Notes under the pieces: model-generated
What the model was told of the DNA's origin: nothing
The model's input: only the letters and a program-made list of their open reading frames with translations
The model's database searches: none
In this document: one piece after another, positions 30,946 to 41,144 of the stretch
How the letters are laid out: every line of letters begins with the position of its first letter
Position numbering within the stretch: position 1 is the stretch's first letter
Assembly (NCBI GenBank): GCA_052146665.1
Contig: JBKQMP010000011.1
Location: forward strand, 351 to 64,350
DNA from: Dissulfurispiraceae bacterium
GTDB lineage: Bacteria; Nitrospirota; Thermodesulfovibrionia; Thermodesulfovibrionales; Dissulfurispiraceae
Reading direction: 5' to 3'
Length of the DNA stretch: 64,000 bases
Translations under genes and position numbers: made by a program

Positions 30946-31891
30946 GCCAGTCGTATCGTCGCCTCTTTCGCTGAAATATATACTTCTCCGCGGAGAGTGC
31001 AGCCATGCACCCGTTCGCTGCGGCTATAATGACTTGTCGTACCTCTGTGCATGTCACATCCCCGGCAGCAAAGATGCCTGGAAGTGATGTCTCCATCATC
31101 CTGTTGGTAACAACACATTCTTCTTCGGAAACCTCGACATTGCCCTGAAGAAAATCGACGATAGGCTTGCTCCCGTATAGATAGACAAAAACACCCGAAA
31201 GTTCAAGTGCGAGTTCACCACCACCGCTGTCCCGCAACCGGATCCTTTCGACCGCTTCCTGTCCTTCGATGGCTGTCACCGTGTGTCCAAGAATAACCCT
31301 GAGAGTATCTATCTTGAGGGCTGGATGGTCATCTCTTGCCTTAAGCTTTTGCGACGGAGCGATAAGATAGGTGGTGTCAGCAAATCGAGTCAACACACCT
31401 GCCTCCTTCACTGCCTCTTCAGAATCTCCAATAACGCAGACAGTTTTTCCTTTAAAAAAAGCCGCGTCACAGATGGCACAATAGCTAACTCCCCTGCCGA
31501 GGAAATCGGCTTCACCTTTTATCGTTGCTTTCCTGCCCATTGAGCCGGTCGCAACGATAACAGTCTTTGCTTGAAAGGTCTTGTCCATAGTGAGGACTTC
31601 CTTTATCTCGCCTTGCAGTGAACACCCGACAACTTGACTCTCGACATACTCGGCACCAAAAACGAGCGCCTGCTTTCGGAAGAGCTCGAGCAACTCTTTG
31701 CCAGTCATCGGGCTTTCAAGCCCTGGATAGTTTTCTATGAGACTCGCATAGGCCAGGGCGCCGGCAGTAGGGGACTTGTCGATGACAAGAGTTTTCAGTT
31801 TTGCCCGCGCCGCATACTGCGCGGCGCTCAAACCTGCAGGTCCGCCTCCAATAATGACTACATCATACAATGGTTCTGACACGAAAAACAC
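30938..31891 (-). CDS. Thioredoxin-reductase-like flavoprotein lacking the canonical NADPH-binding signatures
   Basis: FAD motifs VVIIGGGPAG and GIFAAGDV. Redox CxxC motif CAICD. Where TrxB has GGGNSAVEEA...HRR, this protein has VIGDSEEAVKEA...APS. Confidence 0.8.
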   Translation of the reverse strand: MFFVSEPLYDVVIIGGGPAGLSAAQYAARAKLKTLVIDKSPTAGALAYASLIENYPGLESPMTGKELLELFRKQALVFGAEYVESQVVGCSLQGEIKEVLTMDKTFQAKTVIVATGSMGRKATIKGEADFLGRGVSYCAICDAAFFKGKTVCVIGDSEEAVKEAGVLTRFADTTYLIAPSQKLKARDDHPALKIDTLRVILGHTVTAIEGQEAVERIRLRDSGGGELALELSGVFVYLYGSKPIVDFLQGNVEVSEEECVVTNRMMETSLPGIFAAGDVTCTEVRQVIIAAANGCMAALSAEKYIFQRKRRRYDWHG

Positions 31892-31999
31892 CTCCGCATA
31901 TTCTCAAAAGCACTATCAAGTGAGAACACGAACAAGTACCCGATAGCCTTTAAATCCCCGAGCTGGCATTTAAATTCGTAAGCACTGAAAATTCTTAAT

Positions 32000-33100
32000 T
32001 CAGAAATACCTGATAATTCTATAATAAGTGTTTCTCTGAGCCGGTTTGAATCCCGCGCTTTCAATCGAGTGAACGATATCCTCCCATGACACTCGGTGAC
32101 TTACACCTGCAGCCCTTACCACATTTTCCTCGATCATAGTGGAGCCGAAATCATTAGCGCCGAATCTCAGGGCAACCTGAGCAAGTTTCAAGCCCTGAGT
32201 AACCCATGATGCCTGGATGTTTGGTATGTTGTCAAGATAGATCCTTGAAAGGGCGAGCACCCTCAGATAGTCTACAGCGGTTGAGGGGAACAGCCCTGAA
32301 CCCGTCCTCGACTTCCCACTCTTCGTCCCCAAGTCCTTGCTCAATTGCGTGTTCCCGGGCTGAAAGCTCCAAGGAATGAATGCAGTAAATCCTCCTGTTC
32401 TGTCCTGGAGATCCCTTATGACAGTGAGGTGTTCAATAATGTCCTCGGGCTTCTCTATGCTCCCGAACATCATAGTGGCAGTCGTCCGCATGCCCAAGGC
32501 ATGTGCCTCTTCCATGACTTGCAGCCAGGCAGATGAGCTTATCTTCTTAGGACTCAGTACCTTCCGAACCCTATCCGACAATATCTCAGCCCCCCCTCCG
32601 GGGACTGAGTCAAGACCTGCACTCTTTAATGTTGACAAAGTCTCCCTTAAGGTAAGATCATGTTTTTTTGCAAGATAGAAGATTTCCGGTGGAGAGAACC
32701 CGTGGATTGTTATTGAATACCTCTCTTTGATGGATCTCAAGAGGTCAGTATAGTAACGCATGTCTAAATCAGGATGCAGCCCTCCCTGAAGGAGTATCTG
32801 GGTGCCGCCCAGAGCAATAGTTTCGTCTATTTTCATGAACAACTCATCATTTGTGAGCAGATAGGCTTCAGAGCTATCCGCGTCCCTGTAAAATGCGCAG
32901 AACCTGCATTTATTGATGCAGACATTTGTATAGTTTATATTCCTATCGACTACGAACGTCACTACTCCCTCAGGGTGCAAGTGCCTCCTGATAGAATCTG
33001 CGTGTTCTCCGAGTTCGAGAATGTCTGGCTGTTTGTAAAGCTTTAGTGCTGATTGTTTATCTATTCTGTTCATTGTCATTAATAATTCGAGATTGAACAA
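32000..33100 (-). CDS. Radical SAM enzyme of the futalosine menaquinone pathway (MqnC/MqnE family; tentatively MqnC-like)
   Basis: CINKCRFCAFYR cluster motif in DRNINYTNVC context. GGLHPD, GGGAEIL and IQASWVTQG motifs shared with CofH/Mqn enzymes. Confidence 0.75.
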   Translation of the reverse strand: MFNLELLMTMNRIDKQSALKLYKQPDILELGEHADSIRRHLHPEGVVTFVVDRNINYTNVCINKCRFCAFYRDADSSEAYLLTNDELFMKIDETIALGGTQILLQGGLHPDLDMRYYTDLLRSIKERYSITIHGFSPPEIFYLAKKHDLTLRETLSTLKSAGLDSVPGGGAEILSDRVRKVLSPKKISSSAWLQVMEEAHALGMRTTATMMFGSIEKPEDIIEHLTVIRDLQDRTGGFTAFIPWSFQPGNTQLSKDLGTKSGKSRTGSGLFPSTAVDYLRVLALSRIYLDNIPNIQASWVTQGLKLAQVALRFGANDFGSTMIEENVVRAAGVSHRVSWEDIVHSIESAGFKPAQRNTYYRIIRYF

Positions 33101-33130
33101 TGGTGATTTGTAATGCCACGATCTCTCCCG

Positions 33131-34273
33131 TCATCCTACAACTTTGTTATAGTAGGCATCCCTCCGAACAGGGGTTTTACCCGCCCTTCTTATAAGATGC
33201 ATCAATTGCTCCTTAGTCAATCCCTCACCTGTCGTGGCGCCTGCTGCATGTGTTATCTTTTCTTCTATTATCGTGCCGTCGATGTCATCGGCACCAAATA
33301 AAAGGGCGACCTGGGACACTTTTTCCCCAAGCATGATCCAATAAGCCTTTATGTGCGCAAAATTGTCCAGAACGAGCCTGCTGATGGCAATAGTCTTCAG
33401 GTCGTCAAGCCCCGATGAATAATGCCCACCTATTTCCGTGTTTTTCGGGTGATATGACAGGGGGATAAAGGCCTGAAAACCCCCTGTCCTGTCTTGCAGT
33501 TCCCGCAACTTAAGGAGATGGTCAACTCTGTCCTCTATGCGTTCGATGTGACCGTAAAGCATGGTAGCATTAGATTTGATGCCAAGATTATGGGCGGTTT
33601 CCATTACCTCAATCCAGCGTTCACCTGATATCTTTTCAGGGCATAACTTATTTCGGACCTCTGATGCGAATATCTCAGCGCCTCCGCCTGGCATAAGGTC
33701 AAGTCCGCTCCTCTGAAGCGACCTTAATACCTCCTCAAGGGTCAACCCGCTTATCCTTGACATGTAGTCTATTTCTACTGCGGTAAAAGCCTTTATGGCA
33801 ACACTGGGGTATTGCTTCTTTATTGCGGCAAGCATCCTCAGATAATGCTCGAAGGGCCAGTCTGGATGGAGTCCTCCCACAATGTGAACTTCATTGTAAT
33901 GAGTAGTAATGGCGCCCTTTTGCCTCCCCTTAGCCGTAAAGGACGCATGGATACCTCCGATAGCAGAATTAGGAATTGCGAGTTTCTCGAGTATCTCCTC
34001 TATGGTGAGCTCAAATGCGCCCACATCCCCTCTCGATCTGCTGAAGGCACAGAACTTACACCTGTTGATGCAGATATTGGTAGGATTGATATGCCGGTTG
34101 ATTATGAAAAACGCCTTAGTGCCGGTCCTTTCTTTCGCCATAGAGGATGCGAGGCGGCCTATTGCAAATATATCACTGCTGTTGAATAGCTCGATACCAT
34201 CTTTTCTGGATAGTCTGACCCCAGCGAGGACTTTTTCTTCGATTGACTTCAGCATTTTGTAATTATAAAACAA
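33131..34273 (-). CDS. Radical SAM enzyme of the futalosine menaquinone pathway (MqnC/MqnE family; tentatively MqnE-like)
   Basis: CINRCKFCAFSR in NRHINPTNIC context. VHIVGGLHPD, KAFTAVEI, GGGAEIF and IKAYWIMLG motifs. Paralogue of the downstream gene. Confidence 0.75.
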   Translation of the reverse strand: MFYNYKMLKSIEEKVLAGVRLSRKDGIELFNSSDIFAIGRLASSMAKERTGTKAFFIINRHINPTNICINRCKFCAFSRSRGDVGAFELTIEEILEKLAIPNSAIGGIHASFTAKGRQKGAITTHYNEVHIVGGLHPDWPFEHYLRMLAAIKKQYPSVAIKAFTAVEIDYMSRISGLTLEEVLRSLQRSGLDLMPGGGAEIFASEVRNKLCPEKISGERWIEVMETAHNLGIKSNATMLYGHIERIEDRVDHLLKLRELQDRTGGFQAFIPLSYHPKNTEIGGHYSSGLDDLKTIAISRLVLDNFAHIKAYWIMLGEKVSQVALLFGADDIDGTIIEEKITHAAGATTGEGLTKEQLMHLIRRAGKTPVRRDAYYNKVVG

Positions 34274-34304
34274 ACTGGCGGGTTAATGCCTTATGAGGAG
34301 GATA

Positions 34305-35084
34305 TTATTGTTGCCATTCCTTCAGGCTGTTTGTAATGAATGCTGTGACTTCATTATGTTCTTCCACACCCCGCTCTCTGATCCAAATAGGCTTGCCAAA
34401 GACAATGTGCACTTTCTTGGAAGGATCTATCCTGCCAAAATCCTTGATGACCTTCCCGTTGCCCCAGGCATCTGTTTTCAACGCAATGGGCACCACGGGA
34501 ACATTTGCCTTTTTGGCAAGCTTTATCCCAATCGTATTGAATTCCTTGACGTTAAAGAACGCGGATCTTGTGGTCTGGGGAAAGATGACAATGGACCTTC
34601 CTGCCAACAACCTTTTTGTCCCGCCTTCCAGCACCATTTTTAAATCTTCTCTGGGCTTTAAACGGCCAACCGTAACAGGATCTCTGGAACGCATTACATA
34701 TTTAAAAACAGGATAATCGACCAAACTCTTTTTCACCACAAAGGTCACGTCCTTAAAAGGCGCGATTATTCCAGGAAGAACAAATGTCTCAAGGGCGCTC
34801 ATGTGGTTTGAGACGAATATGCAGGGGCCCTCAATCATTTTGAAGTGATCAACGCCAACTATCTCTATAGTCACTCCTACCCTTTCCAGCGCCCTGAGCA
34901 CCTCGAGGCTGCTCTTAGCCCATTCAAAAGTATCGTATCTGAACCGCTTCGCTTTAGCACTCGATTTGAAAACGATTGACAGCAGCTTACGGTAAAAAAA
35001 GACCGACGGCAACAACGTTGACAGTTGGCAAAGAGTGCCAGGCGTGGTTTCATAGGAACCGTTCTTATAAGCGAGACCTTCCAA
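34305..35084 (-). CDS. Lysophospholipid (PlsC-type) acyltransferase family protein
   Basis: HX4-acidic block FVSNHMSALE, then FPQTTRS and VPVVPIAL blocks typical of LPLAT enzymes. Confidence 0.75.
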   Translation of the reverse strand: MEGLAYKNGSYETTPGTLCQLSTLLPSVFFYRKLLSIVFKSSAKAKRFRYDTFEWAKSSLEVLRALERVGVTIEIVGVDHFKMIEGPCIFVSNHMSALETFVLPGIIAPFKDVTFVVKKSLVDYPVFKYVMRSRDPVTVGRLKPREDLKMVLEGGTKRLLAGRSIVIFPQTTRSAFFNVKEFNTIGIKLAKKANVPVVPIALKTDAWGNGKVIKDFGRIDPSKKVHIVFGKPIWIRERGVEEHNEVTAFITNSLKEWQQ

Positions 35085-35314
35085 ATGGCTTCCTCCCTCT
35101 CCCTCTTATCATGATACCACACAAGAAATACAAAATAAGCCGGTAACATCCTGCGACCATGAAACAGCGCCTATAGTGCCCGCTTTCTGCAAAAGGCATT
35201 GACGCGGTGTAAGTCTGGCGTTCCGAAAAACATCTAGAGAATACAAGGGGATCCGTTCGAGTAAATGCGATGGGTCAGGATCTCGTTCTGCTTAGAGTTG
35301 TCATTCAGTATGAA

Positions 35315-36355
35315 TTAAGGCGCGTTGATCCTCACCGTTCCCGCCTTTCCAATCTCCCCCTCTACAACATAATGGCATTTGTGAAATAAGCCGATGACCC
35401 ATAAATTAGTCATAAGATGACTGGTTACGGAGGAAGTCGTGAATATAGAGCCTTCTTCACACAACGACAGATACAGCGCTATCTGGTCAGACAAATATTG
35501 GTCCAGCGCCGCCCCGGTGAGGTAGTAGTTTACAAACTCCGACGCTACTTCTTCTCCAACAGCCTCTGCCATTTTCCCCTTCTGGCCCAGCGAGGTAAAC
35601 CCTGCCCTGCTGTTTTCAGATTCGGCCGTCATGAACAGAAAGGTCCCTTGTCCATGTGTCTCGACATCCAGCAGCCCTATGACGACATCGGCCTGAAAGT
35701 CCTTCATCTGAAACACCTTTTCTAGCAGCGAATTCTTCTGCCTCTTCGCTATGGACAGAGGGAGGTTTGCGACCCCGGAATATCCTTGCAACCTTAAAAC
35801 TTCTCCTCTCTTCAAGAGATTAATAGGCCTCACTTTCGTAGAGGGGAATATCGTAGCGCTGACTTTCCCTCCCCCTTTAGGGTAGAAACCATATGTCTCT
35901 ATCGAGAACCTTACTTCTATGCCCAGCCTCTTCAAAAACGGAATAAATATCTCTGCCAGGTAGTGAGAGGATGGGCTATGAGAGACATGGGTGCCTCCCT
36001 TGAGAATCACCGTAGTCTTCTGTTTTAGAAAGATGAGGGCTGGGATCAGCGTTTGCAGCACCAGAGATGTGGCACCGGCGGTACCAACGTCAAAGAGAAA
36101 ATCCCCTCCTTTCGCTTCCCCGGGTGAGAACATGATCTCTGTCGAGCCCAAAGAATCCCCCCGCACTGATGCGTTAGACAGCAACTGAGCCGCCCTCACA
36201 CTCGTCAGGTGCTGGGGCATAAGTCCCGTCTTTTCCCTGCCTTGTCTGACATTATAGATTCTGAAGGGTTTCTTGAACATACATGAAAGGCTCAATGCGG
36301 TCCGCAGTATCTGTCCTCCTCCTTCCCCATGGCTGCCGTCTATCTCTATTATCAT
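35315..36355 (-). CDS. rtcA: RNA 3'-terminal phosphate cyclase
   Basis: N-terminus IEIDGSHGEGGGQILRTALSLS and the overall RtcA pattern, 346 aa. Confidence 0.9.
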   Translation of the reverse strand: MIIEIDGSHGEGGGQILRTALSLSCMFKKPFRIYNVRQGREKTGLMPQHLTSVRAAQLLSNASVRGDSLGSTEIMFSPGEAKGGDFLFDVGTAGATSLVLQTLIPALIFLKQKTTVILKGGTHVSHSPSSHYLAEIFIPFLKRLGIEVRFSIETYGFYPKGGGKVSATIFPSTKVRPINLLKRGEVLRLQGYSGVANLPLSIAKRQKNSLLEKVFQMKDFQADVVIGLLDVETHGQGTFLFMTAESENSRAGFTSLGQKGKMAEAVGEEVASEFVNYYLTGAALDQYLSDQIALYLSLCEEGSIFTTSSVTSHLMTNLWVIGLFHKCHYVVEGEIGKAGTVRINAP

Positions 36356-36397
36356 TGAGAGAATGACCCTGGACTTGAAATTGACATCCTCCAGAAA

Positions 36398-37588
36398 TTA
36401 TCGCATCGTTCTTCTGACAACAACAAACAAGGGAATGGAGAAGAGTTGTATCAAAACTGAGAACATAATGAGTGCAGTGACAGACCTGTCATAGAGCAGA
36501 CCCATCAATGCGCTCCCTAGAAACCAGAATATTCCAAAGCCCATGTTGAATATCCCATAAGCAGAGCCACGCCTCGTCGGTGAAACCATTTCAGCAACGA
36601 TCGCCCTCATGACTGAGCCTTGTGTCCCCAGTCCCAAGGCCCAAAGCCCTATGCCCGCAAGAGCTGCACTGCTGTTGCCTAAAAAGACCAGCGGTGCGAA
36701 GAGGGCGGAGGCCAAGGAAGTGAAGATGAGTAAAGAAATGCCTACTTTGTCATATGCACGTCCAAAAATAAATGCGGAAAGAGCGGTAGTCCCCATGGCA
36801 AAAGCATAATACAGGGGGATGAGGTGGACGGGGATAATGGAAGCTTTCTCAAAGTGATAGGCAATCAGCGCAAAATCGGCATAGCCAGCGGCGATGAACC
36901 CCGCTGCAAGAAGATAGATCCAGAATGACTTGGAAAAGCCTTCTCTCTCAAGCTTGATTACGCGCACCTCTAGGTCGCGCGGATTTGGGTAGAGAGTTCT
37001 TGAATATGACAGCATGAAAAGAGCGAGAAGTGCCGGTATGAAGAGCAGTGCAAAGGCGGACTTATAACTACCGTTGATAAATAGTACTCCAGCTATCATG
37101 AGCGGACCGAGCATGCTGCCAATCTTGTCCATGGCCTCATGAATTCCGAACCCCCGTCCTCTCCCCATCTCATGGGTGGCATGGGAGAGCATCGCATCTC
37201 GCGCGGGTGTTCGAATCGCCTTGCCTACACGCTCTGATACAATAAGAATCGCCGCGATTTCCCATCTTCCTGCAAAGGCGAGAAGAGGGACCGCGACAAG
37301 GTTTATTCCGTATCCCAGAAAAGTTATTCCCCAGTACCTTGAGGTCCGATCGGTAATGTGGCCTGACAGAAACCGCAGCCCGTAACCCACGAGCTCGCCT
37401 GACCCTGCGACGATGCCCACCACTGTTGCATTAGCACCTAGCAAAGAAAGATAGGGACCGGTGATACTCCGCGCCCCTTCATAGGTCATATCTGCAAACA
37501 GGCTGATGAAACCGAACATTAGAACGAACTTGAACGTTGAGCCGGCTGAACTATTGCTCTGTTTTGAAGTGAATTTCCTAATTGGCAT
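36398..37588 (-). CDS. MFS transporter
   Basis: About 12 predicted transmembrane helices. MFS loop motif GHITDRTSRYW. Its start codon abuts the panB stop. Confidence 0.8.
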   Translation of the reverse strand: MPIRKFTSKQSNSSAGSTFKFVLMFGFISLFADMTYEGARSITGPYLSLLGANATVVGIVAGSGELVGYGLRFLSGHITDRTSRYWGITFLGYGINLVAVPLLAFAGRWEIAAILIVSERVGKAIRTPARDAMLSHATHEMGRGRGFGIHEAMDKIGSMLGPLMIAGVLFINGSYKSAFALLFIPALLALFMLSYSRTLYPNPRDLEVRVIKLEREGFSKSFWIYLLAAGFIAAGYADFALIAYHFEKASIIPVHLIPLYYAFAMGTTALSAFIFGRAYDKVGISLLIFTSLASALFAPLVFLGNSSAALAGIGLWALGLGTQGSVMRAIVAEMVSPTRRGSAYGIFNMGFGIFWFLGSALMGLLYDRSVTALIMFSVLIQLFSIPLFVVVRRTMR

Positions 37589-38383
37589 TTAAAATGAATG
37601 TTCTTTGCTCGGGAAAATCCCCTGCTCAACTTCTTCTTTATATAGTGTGAGCGCCTTTAATGCATCGCTTTTTAGGTTAGCGTAACGCTTTACGAATTTT
37701 GGAGTGAATCTCTCAAATAACCCCAGCAGATCATGCATAACCAATATCTGCCCATCGCAATAAGGACCGGCGCCAATCCCGATAGTGGGGATGGTGAGTT
37801 GTTCTGTTATCTGTCCTGCGAGTTCCGCTGGGATCGCTTCAAGGATGAGAGAGAAGGCGCCAGCATCCTCCAGGATCTTCGCATCTTCCATGAGCCTTTT
37901 TGCGGCCTCTTCAGTTCTTCCCTGAATCCTGTATCCGCCAACTTTATGGATAGACTGAGGCGTGATCCCTATGTGCGCCATCACGGGTATCTCGCATTTT
38001 GTCATCGCCTCAACCTTATCGGCTATCTCTCTTCCTCCCTCGAGTTTCACGGCCTGCGCCCCGGCTTCTTTGAGAAATCTCCCGCCATTCCTGACGGCAT
38101 CCTCGATGCTCACCTGATAAGACAGATAGGGCATGTCCCCAATACTCATCGCTCTTTTGGCAGCCCTCGACACTATTTTTGCGTGATAGATCATCTCTTC
38201 CATGGTAACCGGAAGCGTATTTTCAAGACCTTGAATGACCATTCCAAGCGAGTCACCAACCAAGATGGCGTCTATACCGGCTTCATCGACTATCTGCGCA
38301 AACGGATAATCATAGGCGGTGAGCATGCTTATCTTCTGCCCGCCCTCTTTCTTTCTTAAGAAGTCCTGCACTGTGATTTTCAT
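37589..38383 (-). CDS. panB: 3-methyl-2-oxobutanoate hydroxymethyltransferase
   Basis: ISMLTAYDYPFA...ILVGDSLGMV...VKLEGG...AHIGLTPQ-type motifs, 264 aa. Confidence 0.95.
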   Translation of the reverse strand: MKITVQDFLRKKEGGQKISMLTAYDYPFAQIVDEAGIDAILVGDSLGMVIQGLENTLPVTMEEMIYHAKIVSRAAKRAMSIGDMPYLSYQVSIEDAVRNGGRFLKEAGAQAVKLEGGREIADKVEAMTKCEIPVMAHIGITPQSIHKVGGYRIQGRTEEAAKRLMEDAKILEDAGAFSLILEAIPAELAGQITEQLTIPTIGIGAGPYCDGQILVMHDLLGLFERFTPKFVKRYANLKSDALKALTLYKEEVEQGIFPSKEHSF

Positions 38384-38428
38384 TAAAGAATACCTCTCCG
38401 GAATTGATTTTGTTTAAAGTAACCTTTA

Positions 38429-40207
38429 TCAAGCACTGACTGACGGTCTTATAGCTTTCAGATACAGCTGTAGATACCTCCCTCCATCCCACTCATTGAT
38501 GGCGGGCAGGAAAGCGGCATCCACATGGCTTGCCTTTGAAATATCAGACAAGCATCCGCCGAAGTCAAAACCGATGCTGTCCAAACGGTATCCCTTTTGT
38601 CTTAAATGCATCTTGAGGTGGTTATTTCCTACAACTCGGGGTCGTAGCACCTCCAATTCTTTTGAACCAAAGAGTGGTTCATCATTGCCGTATCCAAAAG
38701 GTTCAAGCCTTGTGATTTCGTCGACAAGCTGCGTACTTATGTCAGAAAATAGCACTACCGCGTCTATGGTCAGTTTGGGTGTAAGATCATCAGATGAGAG
38801 GCTGTCCAAGAAAATATCGGATATCTTTTGTCTGAATGTGTCTATATACTCTGGCAGCAGGCTTAACCCGGCAGCCTGTGTGTGACCGCCAAATCTGTCA
38901 AGAACATCTCCGCACTTCACCAGGGCAGCATAAATATCAAAAGGGGGTATGCTCCGCGCCGATCCCTTTGCCATGCCACCGTCAATGGAAAAAACAAAGG
39001 CTGGCCGATAGAATGCTTCCGCGAGCCTTGATGCCACTATCCCTAAGACACCGGGATGCCATCCATTTGAAGCGACCACAATTGCACCGTGCTGATCACC
39101 CGTCTGGCTGACCATTGCCATCGCTTCATCATGCACAGACTCCTCTAACTCCTGCCGCTGTATATTGAGCCCAGTGAGCCACTTTGAGAGATCTTCCGCT
39201 TCGGCATCAGACTCTGTCGTCAAAAGCCTCACGACGTTGTTGGCATCGGCAATACGGCCGGCAGCATTGATTCTCGGTATCAGACCGAAGTAAAGGTGTG
39301 ACGTCCTGATGGGACCGGTCCTGATTCCCGATGCCTCCTTCAATGCCCTTATCCCTTTTCTCTCTCCGGATTCGATCAGGGGGAGCGCTTTCTTGAGGAA
39401 AATCCTGTTTTCTGCAAGCACAGGAACAACATCGGCAGCGGTTCCTATCGCCGCAAGGTCCAGTAACGGATGGACGACATCAATATCATTGTTGAACAAC
39501 GCTTGCATGACCTTGAACGCAACCCCTGCGCCTGAAAGAGTACGAGATGAGGGGTGATTGGCGGTCAGCTTAGGATTGACGATTGCAAAGGCCTCCGGTA
39601 GATGGAAACGAGGCCTGAGGACCTCAGTTTTATTGTAAGCTGACAGGTCTTCTCTTGCATGTTGCCCTATGTTGCCTATCTCTTCGATAGGCTCGTGGTG
39701 ATCCGTAATGATCACCTCCATCCCGAGAGAACGGGCAGTAGAAACAGCATCGAAAGATGAAATACCGCAGTCCACGGTGATGATGAGTTTGGCGCCTAGT
39801 TCCTTTGCCCTTTCAATACCTGCCTCTCCAAATCCATAACCGTGGAGCATCCTGTTCGGTATGAAATAATGCACGTCCAGGCCAAACTTCCTCAGGCCCT
39901 CTACCATGATTGCCGTGGCCGTGACCCCATCTGCATCATAATCCCCATGGATCAAGACGAGTTGTCCCCGTCTTTTGGCTTCCCCTATTCTGTCTATAGC
40001 CTTTCTGAGGTCTGGCAGTTCAAAGGGATCTGATAATTTACCTAAATCCGGATTGAGAAACGCGTCGAGCTGGTCCGGTGTCTTTATCCCTCGATTGATC
40101 AACACCTGGGCAAGGGGTGTAGTGACAGACGCCATTCTCGAGATATAGTGGATATATTCTGCGTTGGTCTTGTTGACCAGCCACCTTCGCGTTCTGTCAT
40201 TAAACAA
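38429..40207 (-). CDS. recJ: Single-stranded-DNA-specific exonuclease RecJ
   Basis: DHH motifs IHGDYDADGVT, VDCG and ITDHH. DHHA1 motif GGH..AAG. Confidence 0.9.
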   Translation of the reverse strand: MFNDRTRRWLVNKTNAEYIHYISRMASVTTPLAQVLINRGIKTPDQLDAFLNPDLGKLSDPFELPDLRKAIDRIGEAKRRGQLVLIHGDYDADGVTATAIMVEGLRKFGLDVHYFIPNRMLHGYGFGEAGIERAKELGAKLIITVDCGISSFDAVSTARSLGMEVIITDHHEPIEEIGNIGQHAREDLSAYNKTEVLRPRFHLPEAFAIVNPKLTANHPSSRTLSGAGVAFKVMQALFNNDIDVVHPLLDLAAIGTAADVVPVLAENRIFLKKALPLIESGERKGIRALKEASGIRTGPIRTSHLYFGLIPRINAAGRIADANNVVRLLTTESDAEAEDLSKWLTGLNIQRQELEESVHDEAMAMVSQTGDQHGAIVVASNGWHPGVLGIVASRLAEAFYRPAFVFSIDGGMAKGSARSIPPFDIYAALVKCGDVLDRFGGHTQAAGLSLLPEYIDTFRQKISDIFLDSLSSDDLTPKLTIDAVVLFSDISTQLVDEITRLEPFGYGNDEPLFGSKELEVLRPRVVGNNHLKMHLRQKGYRLDSIGFDFGGCLSDISKASHVDAAFLPAINEWDGGRYLQLYLKAIRPSVSA

Positions 40208-40235
40208 TGCTCTCCCCCTGGCACGCTGAGGAAAA

Positions 40236-41144
40236 TCAGGGTCTACGCTTCATGTTTCTACCGAGAAGGATAACAACGGGGCTTGCGACAAAGACAGAGG
40301 AGTAAGTTCCCACGAGAACACCCAATATCATCGCAAGGGCGAAGTCGTGAATTACCTCCCCGCCAAAGGCAAAAAGGGCGACAGAGACGATGAATACGGT
40401 AAGGGAAGTGATGATGGTCCTCGAGAGCACTTCATTGATACTCCTATTTATCACCGTTTCTATGGGCTCCTTAAGTAGCTTTTTTATATTTTCCCTTATT
40501 CTGTCGAACACCACTACTGTATCAGTGAGTGAATAGCCGGCGATGGTGAGGAGTGCACTTAGAAATATCAGGTTGATTTCTTTATTCAAAAGATAGAAGA
40601 TCCCCAATACGGCAAGGACATCATGGAATGTGGCGATGGTAGCTCCTATGCCAAACCTGATCTGAAATCTCCATGCGATGTAAATAAGTATGCCCAGAGT
40701 GGCCATCAAGATTGCCCAAAGCGCATCCTGTCTCAACCTTGAACCGACTTTCGGTCCTATCTCCGTAGTGGAATCGATAACGGGTTGTTTGTCAGAGAAC
40801 TTCTGTGAAAGTAGCTGAGTTATCCTCTCAGTGAACCCACCAAGCTTTTCCTCCGTTTTCTTCACTCTGATGAGGATTTTGTTTTCGGTGGGGAGATCCT
40901 GGAGATCAAAGTCCTTAAGTCCTCCCTCTTCCAGCGCCAGCCGCACGTCATGGAGATTTATGGGTTTGGAAAACTTGATTTGGATTGCGGTACCCCCCGC
41001 AAAATCAACGCCGAGGTTTGCATTGCCAAGTCCTATCTGGACAGCAGCGAAAATACCGAGCGCTGAGAGTATGCCCGAGATGATAAAAGCGTATACCCTC
41101 TTCCCCATGAAGTCGATATTTGTATTCTTAAGGAGTTCTATCAT
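40236..41144 (-). CDS. secF: Protein translocase subunit SecF
   Basis: Typical SecF sequence (GVDFAGGT..., FDRIREN). 4-nt overlap with secD. Confidence 0.95.
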   Translation of the reverse strand: MIELLKNTNIDFMGKRVYAFIISGILSALGIFAAVQIGLGNANLGVDFAGGTAIQIKFSKPINLHDVRLALEEGGLKDFDLQDLPTENKILIRVKKTEEKLGGFTERITQLLSQKFSDKQPVIDSTTEIGPKVGSRLRQDALWAILMATLGILIYIAWRFQIRFGIGATIATFHDVLAVLGIFYLLNKEINLIFLSALLTIAGYSLTDTVVVFDRIRENIKKLLKEPIETVINRSINEVLSRTIITSLTVFIVSVALFAFGGEVIHDFALAMILGVLVGTYSSVFVASPVVILLGRNMKRRP

